The translations under genes were made by a program, and so were the position numbers. Shown one piece after another: positions 51,741 through 64,000 of a stretch of 64,000 nt of DNA. The first letter of the stretch is position 1, and every line of letters starts with the position of its first letter. Below the pieces are notes generated by a model that saw only the letters and a program-made list of their open reading frames with translations, did not search any database and had not been told where the DNA came from. The stretch is from positions 198,214,001 through 198,278,000 of the forward strand of contig JBITNC010000001.1 in the NCBI GenBank assembly GCA_050084985.1, in the 5' to 3' direction. This DNA comes from Nageia nagi. Taxonomy: Eukaryota; Plantae; Pinophyta.

Positions 51741-53148
51741 AAGCAATTTAGGGAGGATGATGTTGTAATGATCCAAAATGATGGTTCCCAAGTCATGAGC
51801 ATTTTATCAAAATCCTATTTTAGCTCATGTAGTGGGACACACCTCCTTTGGATTAATCATTTTCATTTATCTTAATTTCTAAGTATTTTAGTAACATCTA
51901 TCCAGATGGAGATGAATGTTCCAATTTGGATGCAAAAATGCTTATTTGAGCACTCAAGGTGGGATGCCCTCTTTTAGGGTCATTTAGAGTGATTTTTAGT
52001 AAATTATAAATATTTAACTATTTATTATTAAGTCATTTAGGCTTAATTTTATATTTTAGGGTTATAATTTGTCATCCCAAGGTGGTACATCCTTTTTAAA
52101 TATGTAATTTGTAATTTAGGTTTATTTAGTAGTTAAGTCTAGATTAGATCAACCAATCAATAAAGAAAAAGATAAAATCAATTATAAAAGGATGGAGACA
52201 CCTCATTTTAAAAAATACATTTCTTATTTGATATTTCTCAATGTGAGCTTGCTCCCCATAGCCTCTTGTTCGCAAGGGAGGTCTTGATGTTGGCATTCTC
52301 AAGCTTATTTTAGCCAACACTATTGCATGGCCTTGATGCCCATTTTGCTCACTATTGAGCCCTATATCTCACCCTACTATTAAGATCCACTTCTATAAGC
52401 CCTGGTGCTTCATCTATTCTTATTGAGAGACATCAACATTGGATGTCCAGGTAGAGAGAGATAATTTGAGTTCATATTTGCAATTGAAGTGGTTTATAGA
52501 GTCCCCAAGAGGGATGTTGCATTTATAGGGAACTTTGAGGCTTGTACTTCTCTCATTTCTTATTCAATAAATATTAAAATATAATTTTCTTGATTATTTA
52601 TGGTTTAGATCTTATTATTTTACCCCTTAGGGAGGAGGTCTCACTCCTAGGGCATCATTTGAGTTTTTGATATGTTTATGCATGGTTGAATGGATGATCT
52701 AAGTTAGAATAAATATTTGTGTATGAATTGCATGCATATTTTAGTGTTTGTATCAAATTTTATTTAATTGAGTAATTTGAAGAGATAATCATGTTTGGAT
52801 TTGAGTAATTTAGTATAAATTAGGATGCCCCTATTTTGGGTTATTACGTTAAATCTAAGATAATCTAGATCAATTTGAAAATGAATTTTAGGTACTAAAT
52901 AAGTAATATAATAATAAAACTTATTTCAAAATCAAGTAATGAAGGATTCAAAAAATATTATTTGACTTCCTCATTCCATTATCAATCTAATAAGAACAAT
53001 ATATATGTTATTTAGTGTTTTTTTTAACCATGATGCTCTGTTGACCTATTTTCTCATTGATTACTTTAATGCAACTCAATCATCCTTTCAAGTTATTGTG
53101 AAAAAATCAACAAGAAAAATATTAGTATCAATGATATCAAATTTGAGC

Positions 53149-53150
<2 letters not shown>

Positions 53151-53200
<50 letters not shown>
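53151..53200. repeat. (TA)25 microsatellite
   Basis: Perfect TA run. Confidence 0.98.
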
Positions 53201-53204
<4 letters not shown>

Positions 53205-55422
53205 GCTAACTATAAACGAAAGTAAATATCATCAATAATAAGGTAGTAATTTATAATAATGTATTTTTATTAGTTATTGAAAAAATGGGTCATGACATAC
53301 TCCCCCATTTATGATAAACACATTGTTGTATTTTTTATTAAAATATTTAGCGAAATTATTTTTTCTTTAGACATCTAATTGTGATTTTCGATTTATTTAA
53401 AATTATAATTTTAAGTATCTAAAATGAATAAAATTATAAAAGAGAATTTCAATAAATAAATTTTATTTTTAAGATAAGATCGACTATTGTTCTCTTCTTC
53501 TTATTTTCTTTTGCAAGGTATAAAAGGAGATATCAAGATCATTTCAAATCATGATTCTCTTAGTGATCAAGTATTTTCTTTGAAAAGACTCAAAATATTT
53601 CTCTTTACCAACAAGGCTAACCATGAACTTATTCTTGTAAGGTTTTTAGTCCTCAAAACTTATCGAAGTTGTTATTTTTAGTTTCATAGCTTCATGTAAC
53701 CTTTGTTTCTTCGGTATAGGTTTTTTTTATGCATGATTTAAAATATTATTTTATTTAAATTTATATTTTATTTTATAATAAATGAGAATAAGCTCAATCA
53801 TCATTGAAATTGATCCAAATCCATGCAAAACCCAAGACAAACATTAATTCCTATGAAATCATTGAGTTTATAGATATCTTTTGGGAAGGACTTAACAATC
53901 ATTTTTAAAGGCTTATATTAACTAATCAAATAGGCCCATAAAGTATCATATTATTTATTTCAATTTGATATATGCAATATTCAGGCTTGTCATACTTATT
54001 AGTTAGATATTGTGTGCCCTAGTTTCTTAAGAATTATCATATTGAACTTCTTAATCCTATTTCTTCTTATCAATATCTATACTTATTTGTAGATAAATCA
54101 TTATATTTTATTATTTATATACATTATTTTATTTGAATTTATTTTTGGTGAGCCTAAATGATTTGTATTATTTTAAAAACGTAAGGTTTTTTTGTTCATG
54201 AACAAATAATTTGTTTATTAAAACCCTAGAATTTGGCAAAAATATATAGAACTTTGTGTGTTTTGTCATCCTAAAGTATTATCCAAACAATACTAGATAT
54301 TTATGGTGGACAATTATTATTGATTTTATGAGATCTAGATTATATTTTTTCAATTTTATAGATCTTTTTTTTGTATAATTTTACCAAACCTAAAAGGCAC
54401 CATGTTTTGTTTAAATCTTCTTGGTTTACTTTTCCTTATGAGTGTAAACCTCTTTTATGGACTTTGAAACATGGTGTGTACTACCTTTACCCATTCATAT
54501 GAACATGTTATAGAAGATTGATCTACAGAAAGATGTCAATAAATATAAACAAAAGTGTTGTCTCCATCATGCCTAAGAAGAGTAAAAGGTTGAATAAATC
54601 AATTAGTCAAGAAATAGAGGAGATAATAGAAAAATCTACCCAAATAAATCAAGATAATGATGATTATGACTATAGATACTAAAAATTAATTTTACTTAAT
54701 CAATATATTTATTTTAAAATAATTAAATATATGGGAAAAATTTTGAGAGTTAGATCTAAAATACCTAACAATAATATGACCTAAAACTTATCAAATATGA
54801 ATTCCAAATGTCATACACACGTATCATTCTTACCTTTCAAGATCAAATGAAGCTAGATCTAACTTGAGAAGGTTCATAATGATATTGTCTTGAAATTTGG
54901 ACCATTATATTAAGAATGAGGCTTGATTTTCATGGTGTAGTGGTGGTGCATCCTCCCTTGATCACCATCCATGTGTGATTCACATAGCAGATTCATTCGT
55001 ATCAGGCATGGTAGGGGGGTTGTTAGTAGTTAGGCAAAAGTTTTGGGTTCTATTTATAGAACTATTATTTTTAGTAAGTTTTAGGAAGATTGTTATTATT
55101 AAAAGCATGGATATTTTTTAGAACCCATAGAATTAAAAATGCACTCCAATAAGGAGTAAGAAAATAGGCATGTAATGAATCTATAAATTGATGTAAGATA
55201 TGTTGTAGAACTTGTAGTGTTGCAAGAATGAATTAAGAGAGGTTGATGTAAGGGAGGATTATTTGTAAACATCATTGAGGAAGTTACAACATGTTGGATA
55301 TAGGTTGGATCCCTTTAGTGGCTTGGAATGATATAAATAAAGGAGTATAATTTCTCCATGGATGTAGCCTACATTGGGTGAACAATGTTACATCTTGTGT
55401 TCTCTTATTTTGTGAGATTGCT

Positions 55423-58400
55423 TGAAGGGATTGAACCTTAAAGAATACAATCATAACTACCAATATCTCTTGAAAGCTCACTCAATCAACAATATACTAA
55501 AACATAAATCAATCTCACAAAGTGACTCAAGATATAAAGTAGTTCCTCCAACTAGGAGTACATCTACTAACAAGATTTTACTTCAATCACAAATACAACT
55601 CTCTTACAATACTTCTAACTTCATCTCCTAAACACTATCCTAGAGCATAACTTTGCTTCACAAATTAGTGAGTGATTACAAAGAGGGTTCCTTCTATTTA
55701 TAGGCCAAAATCTCCTTTTGGATCATCCTTTTAACCATTATACAAAGGCATGACATGCTACTCCCTTTTACTTAAAGGACATGCTTATGAGATGGAGTGT
55801 AGGACAAGTTACATTATCATATTCACTTAAATACTTAAGCTATATAATTATACCATTAAGTATTAGTGAATTTACAAAGAGGAACATTACAAAAACTTAC
55901 AATAATGCATTATACATTCCAACACTCCCCTTTAATGCAATATTGGGATAGAGTGAAGAAAAGAGAAGAAAAAAAGAGTAAGAGAGTTCTCATCCATACA
56001 TATACAATTAGAGATGAGAACTTTTTACATATTTGTGAAGTAAGTAAGATCTTAGTTTGAGACTTACTACTTTACCATTTTAATAAATGATTTACAATAC
56101 AATCATTAACCATAGCTGGTTTCAATGTACATAAAGTAGTCATCTAATTGGAAGTTGACATGATGAGCATCATGAGCTTGCATACCTAAAATAAGTAACC
56201 TACAATCTTGAAAAAAACTTACAAGCTAGAAGAAATTCAAGTAATAAGATCAGTTAAATGAAACATATTCATATCAATAAGGATAGATGAATTAAATAAT
56301 GCCATCATAAACTGTTCAATGGTGCATTATAAGTCATCATGAAGATGCCAAATCAATACTCATAGTCACCTGTTGTATATAAAACATGTGTTGATTATCA
56401 TTACAAAATAGAGCATAAAAAAATGCACATAATATATCCTCACACATGGATAACTAAATAGTGACAAAAGATCCATCATATGAACATACGAGTTCCTTCC
56501 AAATGGATAACTCAATAATTCTAGGATGGCCAATCATTTGCTAAAAAATTTGTTAAACATGTTCCTCATGTAGAGCGAACTTACCATGAAGGTGTACAAC
56601 AAAATCAATAATATACATCATAAAATCCTCCTAGGGGTGAATTTGTCATCATAAACATAAATTCAACACAAGAATTCAAATTTTAATCCCCCTTGAGGGC
56701 AAATTTACCAACTCGATATCATCCCTAAGTTTACTAAACTGAGCTTCAGGAAGAGGCTTGGTAAATAAATCAACAAAGTTCAAGGTGGATGGATAGTACT
56801 CCAAGTGAATGATGCCATCTAGAACCTTTTACCTAATGAAATGGGCTTAGATTTCCACATATTTTATTTTTTAATGGAATACAAGATTCTTAGCCAAAGA
56901 AATAACCAACTGATTGTCTAAAGAAGTTAGAATTAGGCTAGCTTGCTCATACCCAATTTCTTTAAAGGATGCTTAAGTCAAACAGCTTCTTGGGCTGCAA
57001 TAGACATGGCTTGACATTCAAATTCTATTGTGGGAAGAGAAATAATATGATACTTCTTAGAGACCTAAGAGATAGCACTTGAACCAATGCTAAAGACATA
57101 CATAGAGATTGATTTTCTATCATCTCTATCTCTCCCATAGTCAAAATATGAGAACCCTAAAAGAACAAAAGAGGGTAACTTGTAATACTTGAGAGCAAGA
57201 TATTTCATTCCTACAACATACCTAAAGATTTGCTTAACAACATTAAGGTGCTCAACTTATGGTTTTGCATGAATCTTGCCATCAGATTCACTACAAAGGA
57301 AATATCTAGCATGGAAATGGTCAAATAAAGAAGACTACCAATTAATTACCTATAAGTTGTAGCATCTTCCAACTGAGAGTTGGAGCTAAGAAAAATAATG
57401 ATTCTAGGAGAGAATGGGATCAAAATTTGTATACACTCCTCCATTCCAAACTTTTGCAAGTGTCTGATATATACTTGGATTAACTAAGATAAGTACAATC
57501 CTTGTATTAGTATACTTGCATTCTAAGGTAGTAGTGTTAGAGACCAAGATCAATCATTTCAAATGTTTCCTTAAGTTTGGATATGCTCTCTTGAATGATT
57601 TCATCATTGTTTTTAGTTATCAAAAGATCATCCATGTAAAGGAAAATCAAGATCACATGCTTTCCCTAATTGATCACATATAGATCATAGTCAGAGAAGT
57701 ACTCAAAGAATCCAATTTTTGAAAAGCATCCTAAAATCTTCTTGTACCAGGATATAGGTGTTTTCTTAAGTCCATAAAATGATTTCTTTAGCTTGCATAC
57801 AAATGAATCTTTTCCTTCCATAATAAATCCTTCTAGTTGATTCATGTAGATTTCCACATCTAAGTCACCATTGAGAAATGCACTCTTAATGTCAAGTTGA
57901 AAAACTTTCCATCCTCAAGCTACTGAAAGAGAAAGAATTATTTTGATATTTGGAATCTTCATCATGGGAGCAAAGGTTTCCTCATAATCCACTCTATATT
58001 TTTGAGAAAAATATTTGGCCACTAACCTTGCCTTGTATTTCTCAAAATCTTTGACTGAATTGAACTTGACTTTGTAGATCCACTTATTGCCAATCATATT
58101 CTTCTCATTAGAATAAGGAACAAAGTCCCAAGTTTCATTTTTCATAAGCACCTCATATTCCACTTTTATGGCTTCCATCCAGCATTATGCTTTGAAGCTT
58201 ATTTGAATGATAGGGGCTCATTTTTATTATCAATTTTAGAAAATAAGGATTTATTCAAGGTTGTAATCCTTGTTATTCTTTACATTAGGGAATTTTGTTA
58301 GGCAACTAACAAGTCATCTGGATCAACAACATCCTCATTAGAAATAGATTTTTTAGGAAGTTAATTAAATTTACATCCTTTGATATGAACACTACTCTAT

Positions 58401-61400
58401 AGGATGAAGAGTAGATCCTATAGCCTATATGTTGACTATCATAACCAATAAAGATACATTTTTCAGCTCTTTTCTCTAACTTTTTCCTTTTATTAGAAAT
58501 AATGTCAGAGAATGCTTCACAACCAAATACCCTAAAGTGAGAAATGTTAGGTTTTATTCCTATCCATGCCTCAAAAGGATTTTTACCCTAAATGGATTTT
58601 GTTGGACACTTATTCAAGGTGTAAATAGTAGTGCTCATAGCTTCACCCTATAAGAAACTAGGAAGATTACCCAACATGCATCTAGCCATCTCCATAATTA
58701 TCTTATTTTTCCTTTCGGTAATACCATTTTATTGAGGATTGTAAGGAATTGTAAACTTTATTTTGATTTCCTACTTAGCACAATAGGCATTAAACTCATT
58801 GTTGTTATATTCTTCTCCATTATCTGATCTTAGCATCTTGATTTTAAGGTTAGTATGATTTTCAACTAAGGCCTTGAAATTTTTAAAACTCTCAAAGGTT
58901 TGATCCTTGTGCTCAAATAGATAGCCAAATGTCATCCTACTGAAGTCATTGATGAAGGTAAAGACACAAGATGCTCCCCTAAATGATTTATTCTAAAATG
59001 AATCCATCAAATATGAATGCATAAGTTGAAGAGGTTTAGAAGCCTTTGTTACCTTATCTTTTTCAAACCTTTATCTATTCATTTTTACTAGAATACACTT
59101 CTCAAATATACCAATTGAAGGTGAAATTGAAGAAAAATCTTCCACAAGTTTTTATTATTTTATGACTTGAATACTCTTATGGTTAAAGTGCCCTAAATGA
59201 TGGTGCCAAAGATTACCTCTAAAGCACACACTTGTAGCAAGACACATATTTGTTGGAACTTTATCTACAATATAGAGATCATCTTTCACTAATCCTTTAA
59301 TCAAAGTGGCAAGTACTTTTTTTAATGCACCAAGAGTGTGAGCTGAACTCAAATGAGTACCCTTTATTTTCAACTTGAATTATGGAGAGAAGGTTCATCC
59401 TAAGCTTAGGAACATAGAGCACATTATCAAGAATCTTCTCATGAATCAACACATTCCCAATTCCTTAGACTTTAAAGATTGAATTATCACCTAACACAAC
59501 TACATCTTTTCTATATTTATGAAAATTTTCAAACTTATCCTTTTCAAAGCATAGGCGATAAGTGCTACTAGAGTCAATAATCCAATTAGTCGAGAAGGAG
59601 AGAGTAATGGAGTAGAGCCTAGCAACAAGTCCAACTTTTATATTCTTCTTCCCTTTGAAGTTCTTTACATTTCCATTACCTTTGTTCTTTTCTTCTCTTT
59701 TCTTTCTATAGCAATCAAATTCTTTGTAACCATGGATGCTAGAATAGTTACAATTTCTATTAAACTTTACCTTGGGATTTGGTTTGCTTGCCTTGCTTTT
59801 TCCATCATTTTGCTTGAAGTAGCTATTATTATTATTGTTAGTGCCTTTTTTTCTCAAACTTATTGGAAGAAGAAGGATAATATATATTTTGATGATTGAA
59901 CTTCTTCTTGAAAGGAGTTTTGATTGCTCCTAGAGCAACATTATTATATTTTCAAGAAGAGATTAACATCTTTTTGTTAAGAGTTTCCTTATGCTTCAGA
60001 AGGAGCCTTGAAAGGTTCTGAAGGGATAAGATTTCTTCTTCATCATCAAGTCTAGTCTCAATTATAGTTACAAAGTTACTAAACTTTGAATAAAGGCTTT
60101 AGAGAATGATTAAGACCATAAACTCATTGTTGATCCAATTGCACCCATAAGAAATAAGTTGGGTCCTAAAATAAATGATTTTGTTCAAGTAAATGACAAC
60201 ATTTTCATCTTCCCCTTGATGATATTAAAGAAAATTTTGGAGAATAGTGAACCTTATTGAAACTTAGATCTAAGGTAAAATTTTTCGAGCTTATCCTAAG
60301 CATTCTTTGTTGAGGTTGATGATGAAATCATAAGGAGCACTTCATCTGACACTACATGAAAAATCATGGAGGTTTCTAATTTATTCTTCATGTTGTATGC
60401 CTCAAGTGTCCTCTCATTTATAGGAGCAACAAGGTTCTCATTAACTATTTGCTAAAGATTCCTTGTCTACAAGTTAGCTCTCATCCGAGGTTCTCAAATA
60501 CCAAAGTTGGAACTGTCAAGAATATGCTTGGGTAAGAAGGTGTCTCTTAGTTGCTAAACAAGAATGTGAAATTGTTAACCTTTGTAAGCATGTGGTCTAG
60601 AATAATATTTTAATCATTCCTACATGTTTTAGATTTATTCAAGTAAATCAATGACACATGTTAAATTTAATAAAAGGACATGCTTTATTTGTTAAACAAA
60701 ATTCACATGTGCAATAGGAACTCAAAAATACATCCCATGTATCCAACACTTTTATCATCACCAAGTATCATAGATGTAGAAGGATATTACTGAGGCTTAT
60801 TTTCTTGTCTAAAATTAGGCCTTCACCTGGATTTCTGTAAGGTGGAGCCTAGGTACTACCAATCCTCAACCAGTTCACCTTGGGTAATAATATACTCTCA
60901 CAAGGAAGAGTACTAACTATTTTCCAATGTTATGATATATGTGGGATTAGCCAAATTATTAATATTGATTAGGTTTCAAGTTATCCTCCTAGGTATCAAG
61001 ATAATACTTGAATGGACATAAAAACATGTGGTATCACTACACACATGCCTTTCCACCTATTAGAATTATATCTAGACCAATAGAGGACTTAAGGATGATT
61101 AAGAAGTACAAAATTTTTACCATTTGAATCATTGGATTGAAGGCTCCAGTATGCCTTGTCCTCACCTCATGGCTTCCCAAATAAATCATGTTGTAGGATG
61201 TACATACAAATGTATTTATTTTAGGGGGTTTCTCATTCAATGTTTGCAATTTTTGCATAAACAAATAAAGCAAAGATGCAAAACATAAAGTAAAGTGCAT
61301 AAAATGAAATATCATTCATTCATAGCTTGGATCCTAAGAGTCCAATGGGTTTTGTTTACTAACTGCTAATGGACATCTTTACATAATTCCATATTTTGCA

Positions 61401-63729
61401 CAAGTCCATAGTTTGCATAAGGAATTTATCAACTAAATACTTAGAGAGACATAAAAATATTCTAAGTAATAAACATGCATCACATGCATAAAGGTTTTAA
61501 GTGCATTACTTGCATAAAGGATTTTTTAAAAAAATTCAAGCAATAAAAGATCTAAAATATTCTAAGTAAAAAATTCATAAGAATTTCCTCTTTTTTACTT
61601 AAAAAGATGATCTTAGTAAAAAAAAATGCTTCTTAGCATAAATAGTCCTATAAAATAATGCTTAGCTATAAATGTCCACTTAAAATTATCTTGTAACTTC
61701 AAGATAATTTTAACTAAGTAAAAAAAAAAAAAAAATTTCCATATTGTAAGGAGTGAAAAAAATACTCCCCCCTTAAAAATTCCTGTAGTACCTCTCTCAT
61801 GATTTTCTCTAAGTAGATAAGGTAAATAATTAATAAGTCATCATTTACTTTTACCTCAAAGTAATAAATAGAGTAATTTAGTTAACGCAACAAGAAACCT
61901 TATTCTCTATGCCACTCAAAAATTAAATAAATTCATTAATGCTCTTATGTAGTTTTAGAAGAAAGTGCAAGCAACTAAAAAAAAGTACCAACCATATAAA
62001 TGCATTAAATATGAACTCCCCCCACTTTAGGTTACTATGAGTTAAAAAAATGGGAGTATGGTTGGTTATGTAGGACCATAGAGTTGCCAAGTGTAGGGAT
62101 GTAGGACTTATGGAGCAAAAAACTAGTAGCATAGTGGTACAGGTTGTAGTGCAATAGGTCAAAAGGGCTAAAAAGGGGGCTATAGTGCAAGCAAAAGAGG
62201 GTCAAGAGGAGGGAGGTTGGGTTGAGGGCTAAGCTTGGGCCATGATGAATGGGTTGCAAGGGACCTGAGTTTAACGTTCATGAGGGCCCCTCCCTTTTTA
62301 ATGCATGTAGTCTTGATTTTATAAAGAGGAGGGGTAGGGGAGCAAAGGAGGTGGGAACATACCCTCTTCAACTTGTGTTGTGTAAACTAGCTATGCAGGA
62401 GAAGATAAAGCGATGAAAAAAAAAAGATAGAGCACAAGAATACGAGTGGTGAAGAGGAGGCCAAAAATGATTGACTGAATGTGGTAGGTAGCTAAGGCTA
62501 AGTGCACTAAGGTTGACAAAGGGGCAAAGATACCAAAAAAATTAAAAGAAAATTTGCAAAGTGAGAGCCAATTTTCTAGTGGCACTGCTACTAAACCACC
62601 ACAAGGGGAGGAGTGGTAGTGACCACCTCCTTCTTCTTCCTTTAAAAAAAAATTGATTGTAATTAAAAAAATTCAAAAAGAAATCATTATTTTTAAATCT
62701 CTTTTGAAATAAAATACCCTTAGAACTTTTCAAAGATTTTTTTTTACAATCCCAAACTTCATTTGAGAAATACTATCTTAGATATTTAAATCTATTTTGA
62801 AATAAAATACCATCTTAGTATACAAAACTTTTGTAATATTACACAAAAAAATTGCAAGTAACAATTTTTTTTTGCAATTTTGTTAGCTATATTTAAAAAT
62901 TAAAAAAAAAGAGTTATAGCAATATATATAGAGAAATTTTTGTAAACAAAAATTGCAACTAACATAGAAAATGTTAGTATAAATAATAATTGCATTATAT
63001 TGCTATTTAAAAACATATTTTGCAAAAACATAAACTAGCACATAACATATATATTAGTTTTATAAATCAATAATCTAAAAAATAACCAAGAAGGAAGGAA
63101 TTTATATATTCTCTTGAGTTTACTTCAACAAGACCTTAAAATTGAAGGAAGAAGACTTCCAAGTTGAATGAATAAGATCTCCAAAATGTTGAAGAGGAAC
63201 ATTCAAACTTGCTTTGATACCAAATGAATGGATTGAACCTTTAAGAATACAATCCTAACTACCAATATCTCTTGAAAGCTCACTCAATCAATAATATACT
63301 AAAACATAAGTCAATCTAACAAAGTGGATCAAGATATAAAGTGGTTCCTCCAATTAGGAGTACATCCACTAACAAGATCTTACTTCATTCACAAAGAAAA
63401 ATCTCTTACAATACTTCTAACTTCATCTCCTAAACACTATCTTAGAGCATAACTTTGCTTCGCAAATTGGTGAGTGATCACAAATAGGGAGCTTTCTATC
63501 TATAGGCCAAAATACCCCTTTGGATCAACCTTTTAACCATTGTACAAATGCATGATATGCTACTCCTTTTTACCCAAGGGAGGACATGCTCATGATATGG
63601 AGTGTAGGATAAGTAACATTATCATATTCATTTAAATACTTAAGGTATATAGTGATACCATTAAGTATTAGTAAATTTACAAAGAGTAACATTACAAAAA
63701 CTTACAATAATGCATTATACATTCCAACA
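55423..63729 (-). mobile_element. Ty1/Copia LTR retrotransposon M (8.3 kb), structurally complete but degenerate
   Basis: LTRs at 55423-55924 and 63225-63729. Perfect TSD ttgct/ttgct. PBS revcomp GCTTTGATACCA at 63211-63222. PPT revcomp CTCCCCTTTAA at 55925. Confidence 0.95.
56690..60560 (-). pseudogene. Copia M gag-pol remnant
   Basis: Zn knuckle CNYSSIHGYKEFDC; PR WIIDSSST; LWHHHLGHFN; LRSDNGEEY; HFRVFGC; MIGNKWIYKVK, YKARLVAK, VDYEETFAP, LYMDDLLI; DLFTKPL. Confidence 0.92.
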
Positions 63730-64000
63730 TTGCTTTGTTATTTTGTTTAAAATTTTCTTGTATAAGTAGTAGAATCGTATTTGATCAAATTTTATTAAAA
63801 AATAATAGATCCTAACACATTCTTCTTCTTTTTTTAGCTATGGTACATTGATGCACAACATATAAATATCATGTGATGTCACACAATGATTCTTAGCAAT
63901 GAAGTCCAATATCAAGATCACTCATTCAATTATCATAAAAATGAGATCAAATCTAAGTATGAATGTGAAAGTATGAAGTAAATGATAGAAATAGGGCATC

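Larger units (their letters stand above)
39726..52848 (+). mobile_element. Ty3/Gypsy chromovirus K, degenerate; 5' LTR split by element L
   Basis: 5' LTR 39726-39822 plus 46327-47332; 3' LTR 51764-52848. PBS TGGTATCATAGC at 47334. PPT AGGGAGGATGATGT at 51750-51763. TSD ttaat/ttaaa. Confidence 0.92.
55021..63817 (+). mobile_element. Older Copia-type LTR N (~490 bp net) split by Copia M
   Basis: TGTTAG at 55021 directly after PPT-like GGTAGGGGGGT, and CTAACA at 63817. The sequence is continuous across the ttgct TSD of M. No partner LTR seen. Confidence 0.6.

Noticed and set aside
53005-53238. 77 aa ORF with a YIYI run
   Set aside because: Artefact of the (TA)n microsatellite.
54930-54960. TGGTGTAGTGG A-box-like motif
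   Set aside because: No downstream B-box or tRNA-like stems.

Overview
Eukaryotic, AT-rich plant genomic DNA, probably from a gymnosperm (inferred from the very long TE-filled intron and the old, heavily decayed retroelements). There is one host gene, on the minus strand: a RING-CH (RINGv, C4HC3) membrane E3-ligase-like gene. It has three coding exons at 33414-34607 and a likely 5' UTR exon near 35940-36100; its next exon is not in the window, so the intron is >33 kb. That intron holds a 28.5 kb nest: Copia A (3498-32012) contains a solo-LTR-like insert, a hAT MITE and Copia B (8462-28235). B in turn contains four solo LTRs (one with a further nested solo LTR) and a second hAT MITE. Almost every insertion is bounded by a recognisable target-site duplication (TSD). 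Upstream of the gene are a SINE, a chromovirus Gypsy (39726-52848) whose 5' LTR is split by a non-autonomous relative carrying a long coiled-coil ORF instead of gag-pol, and a Copia (55423-63729) inserted in an older LTR. The best candidate for an undescribed system is a set of three related large solo LTRs. Their U3 regions carry arrays of fixed-length, inverted-ended units (54 bp in one, 48-50 bp in another), and two of them carry a U3-embedded ORF (~1150 codons in the 7.9 kb LTR) with a shared C-terminal motif ending just upstream of the LTR TATA box. All TE coding regions are pseudogenised. Coordinates and translations were read by eye.
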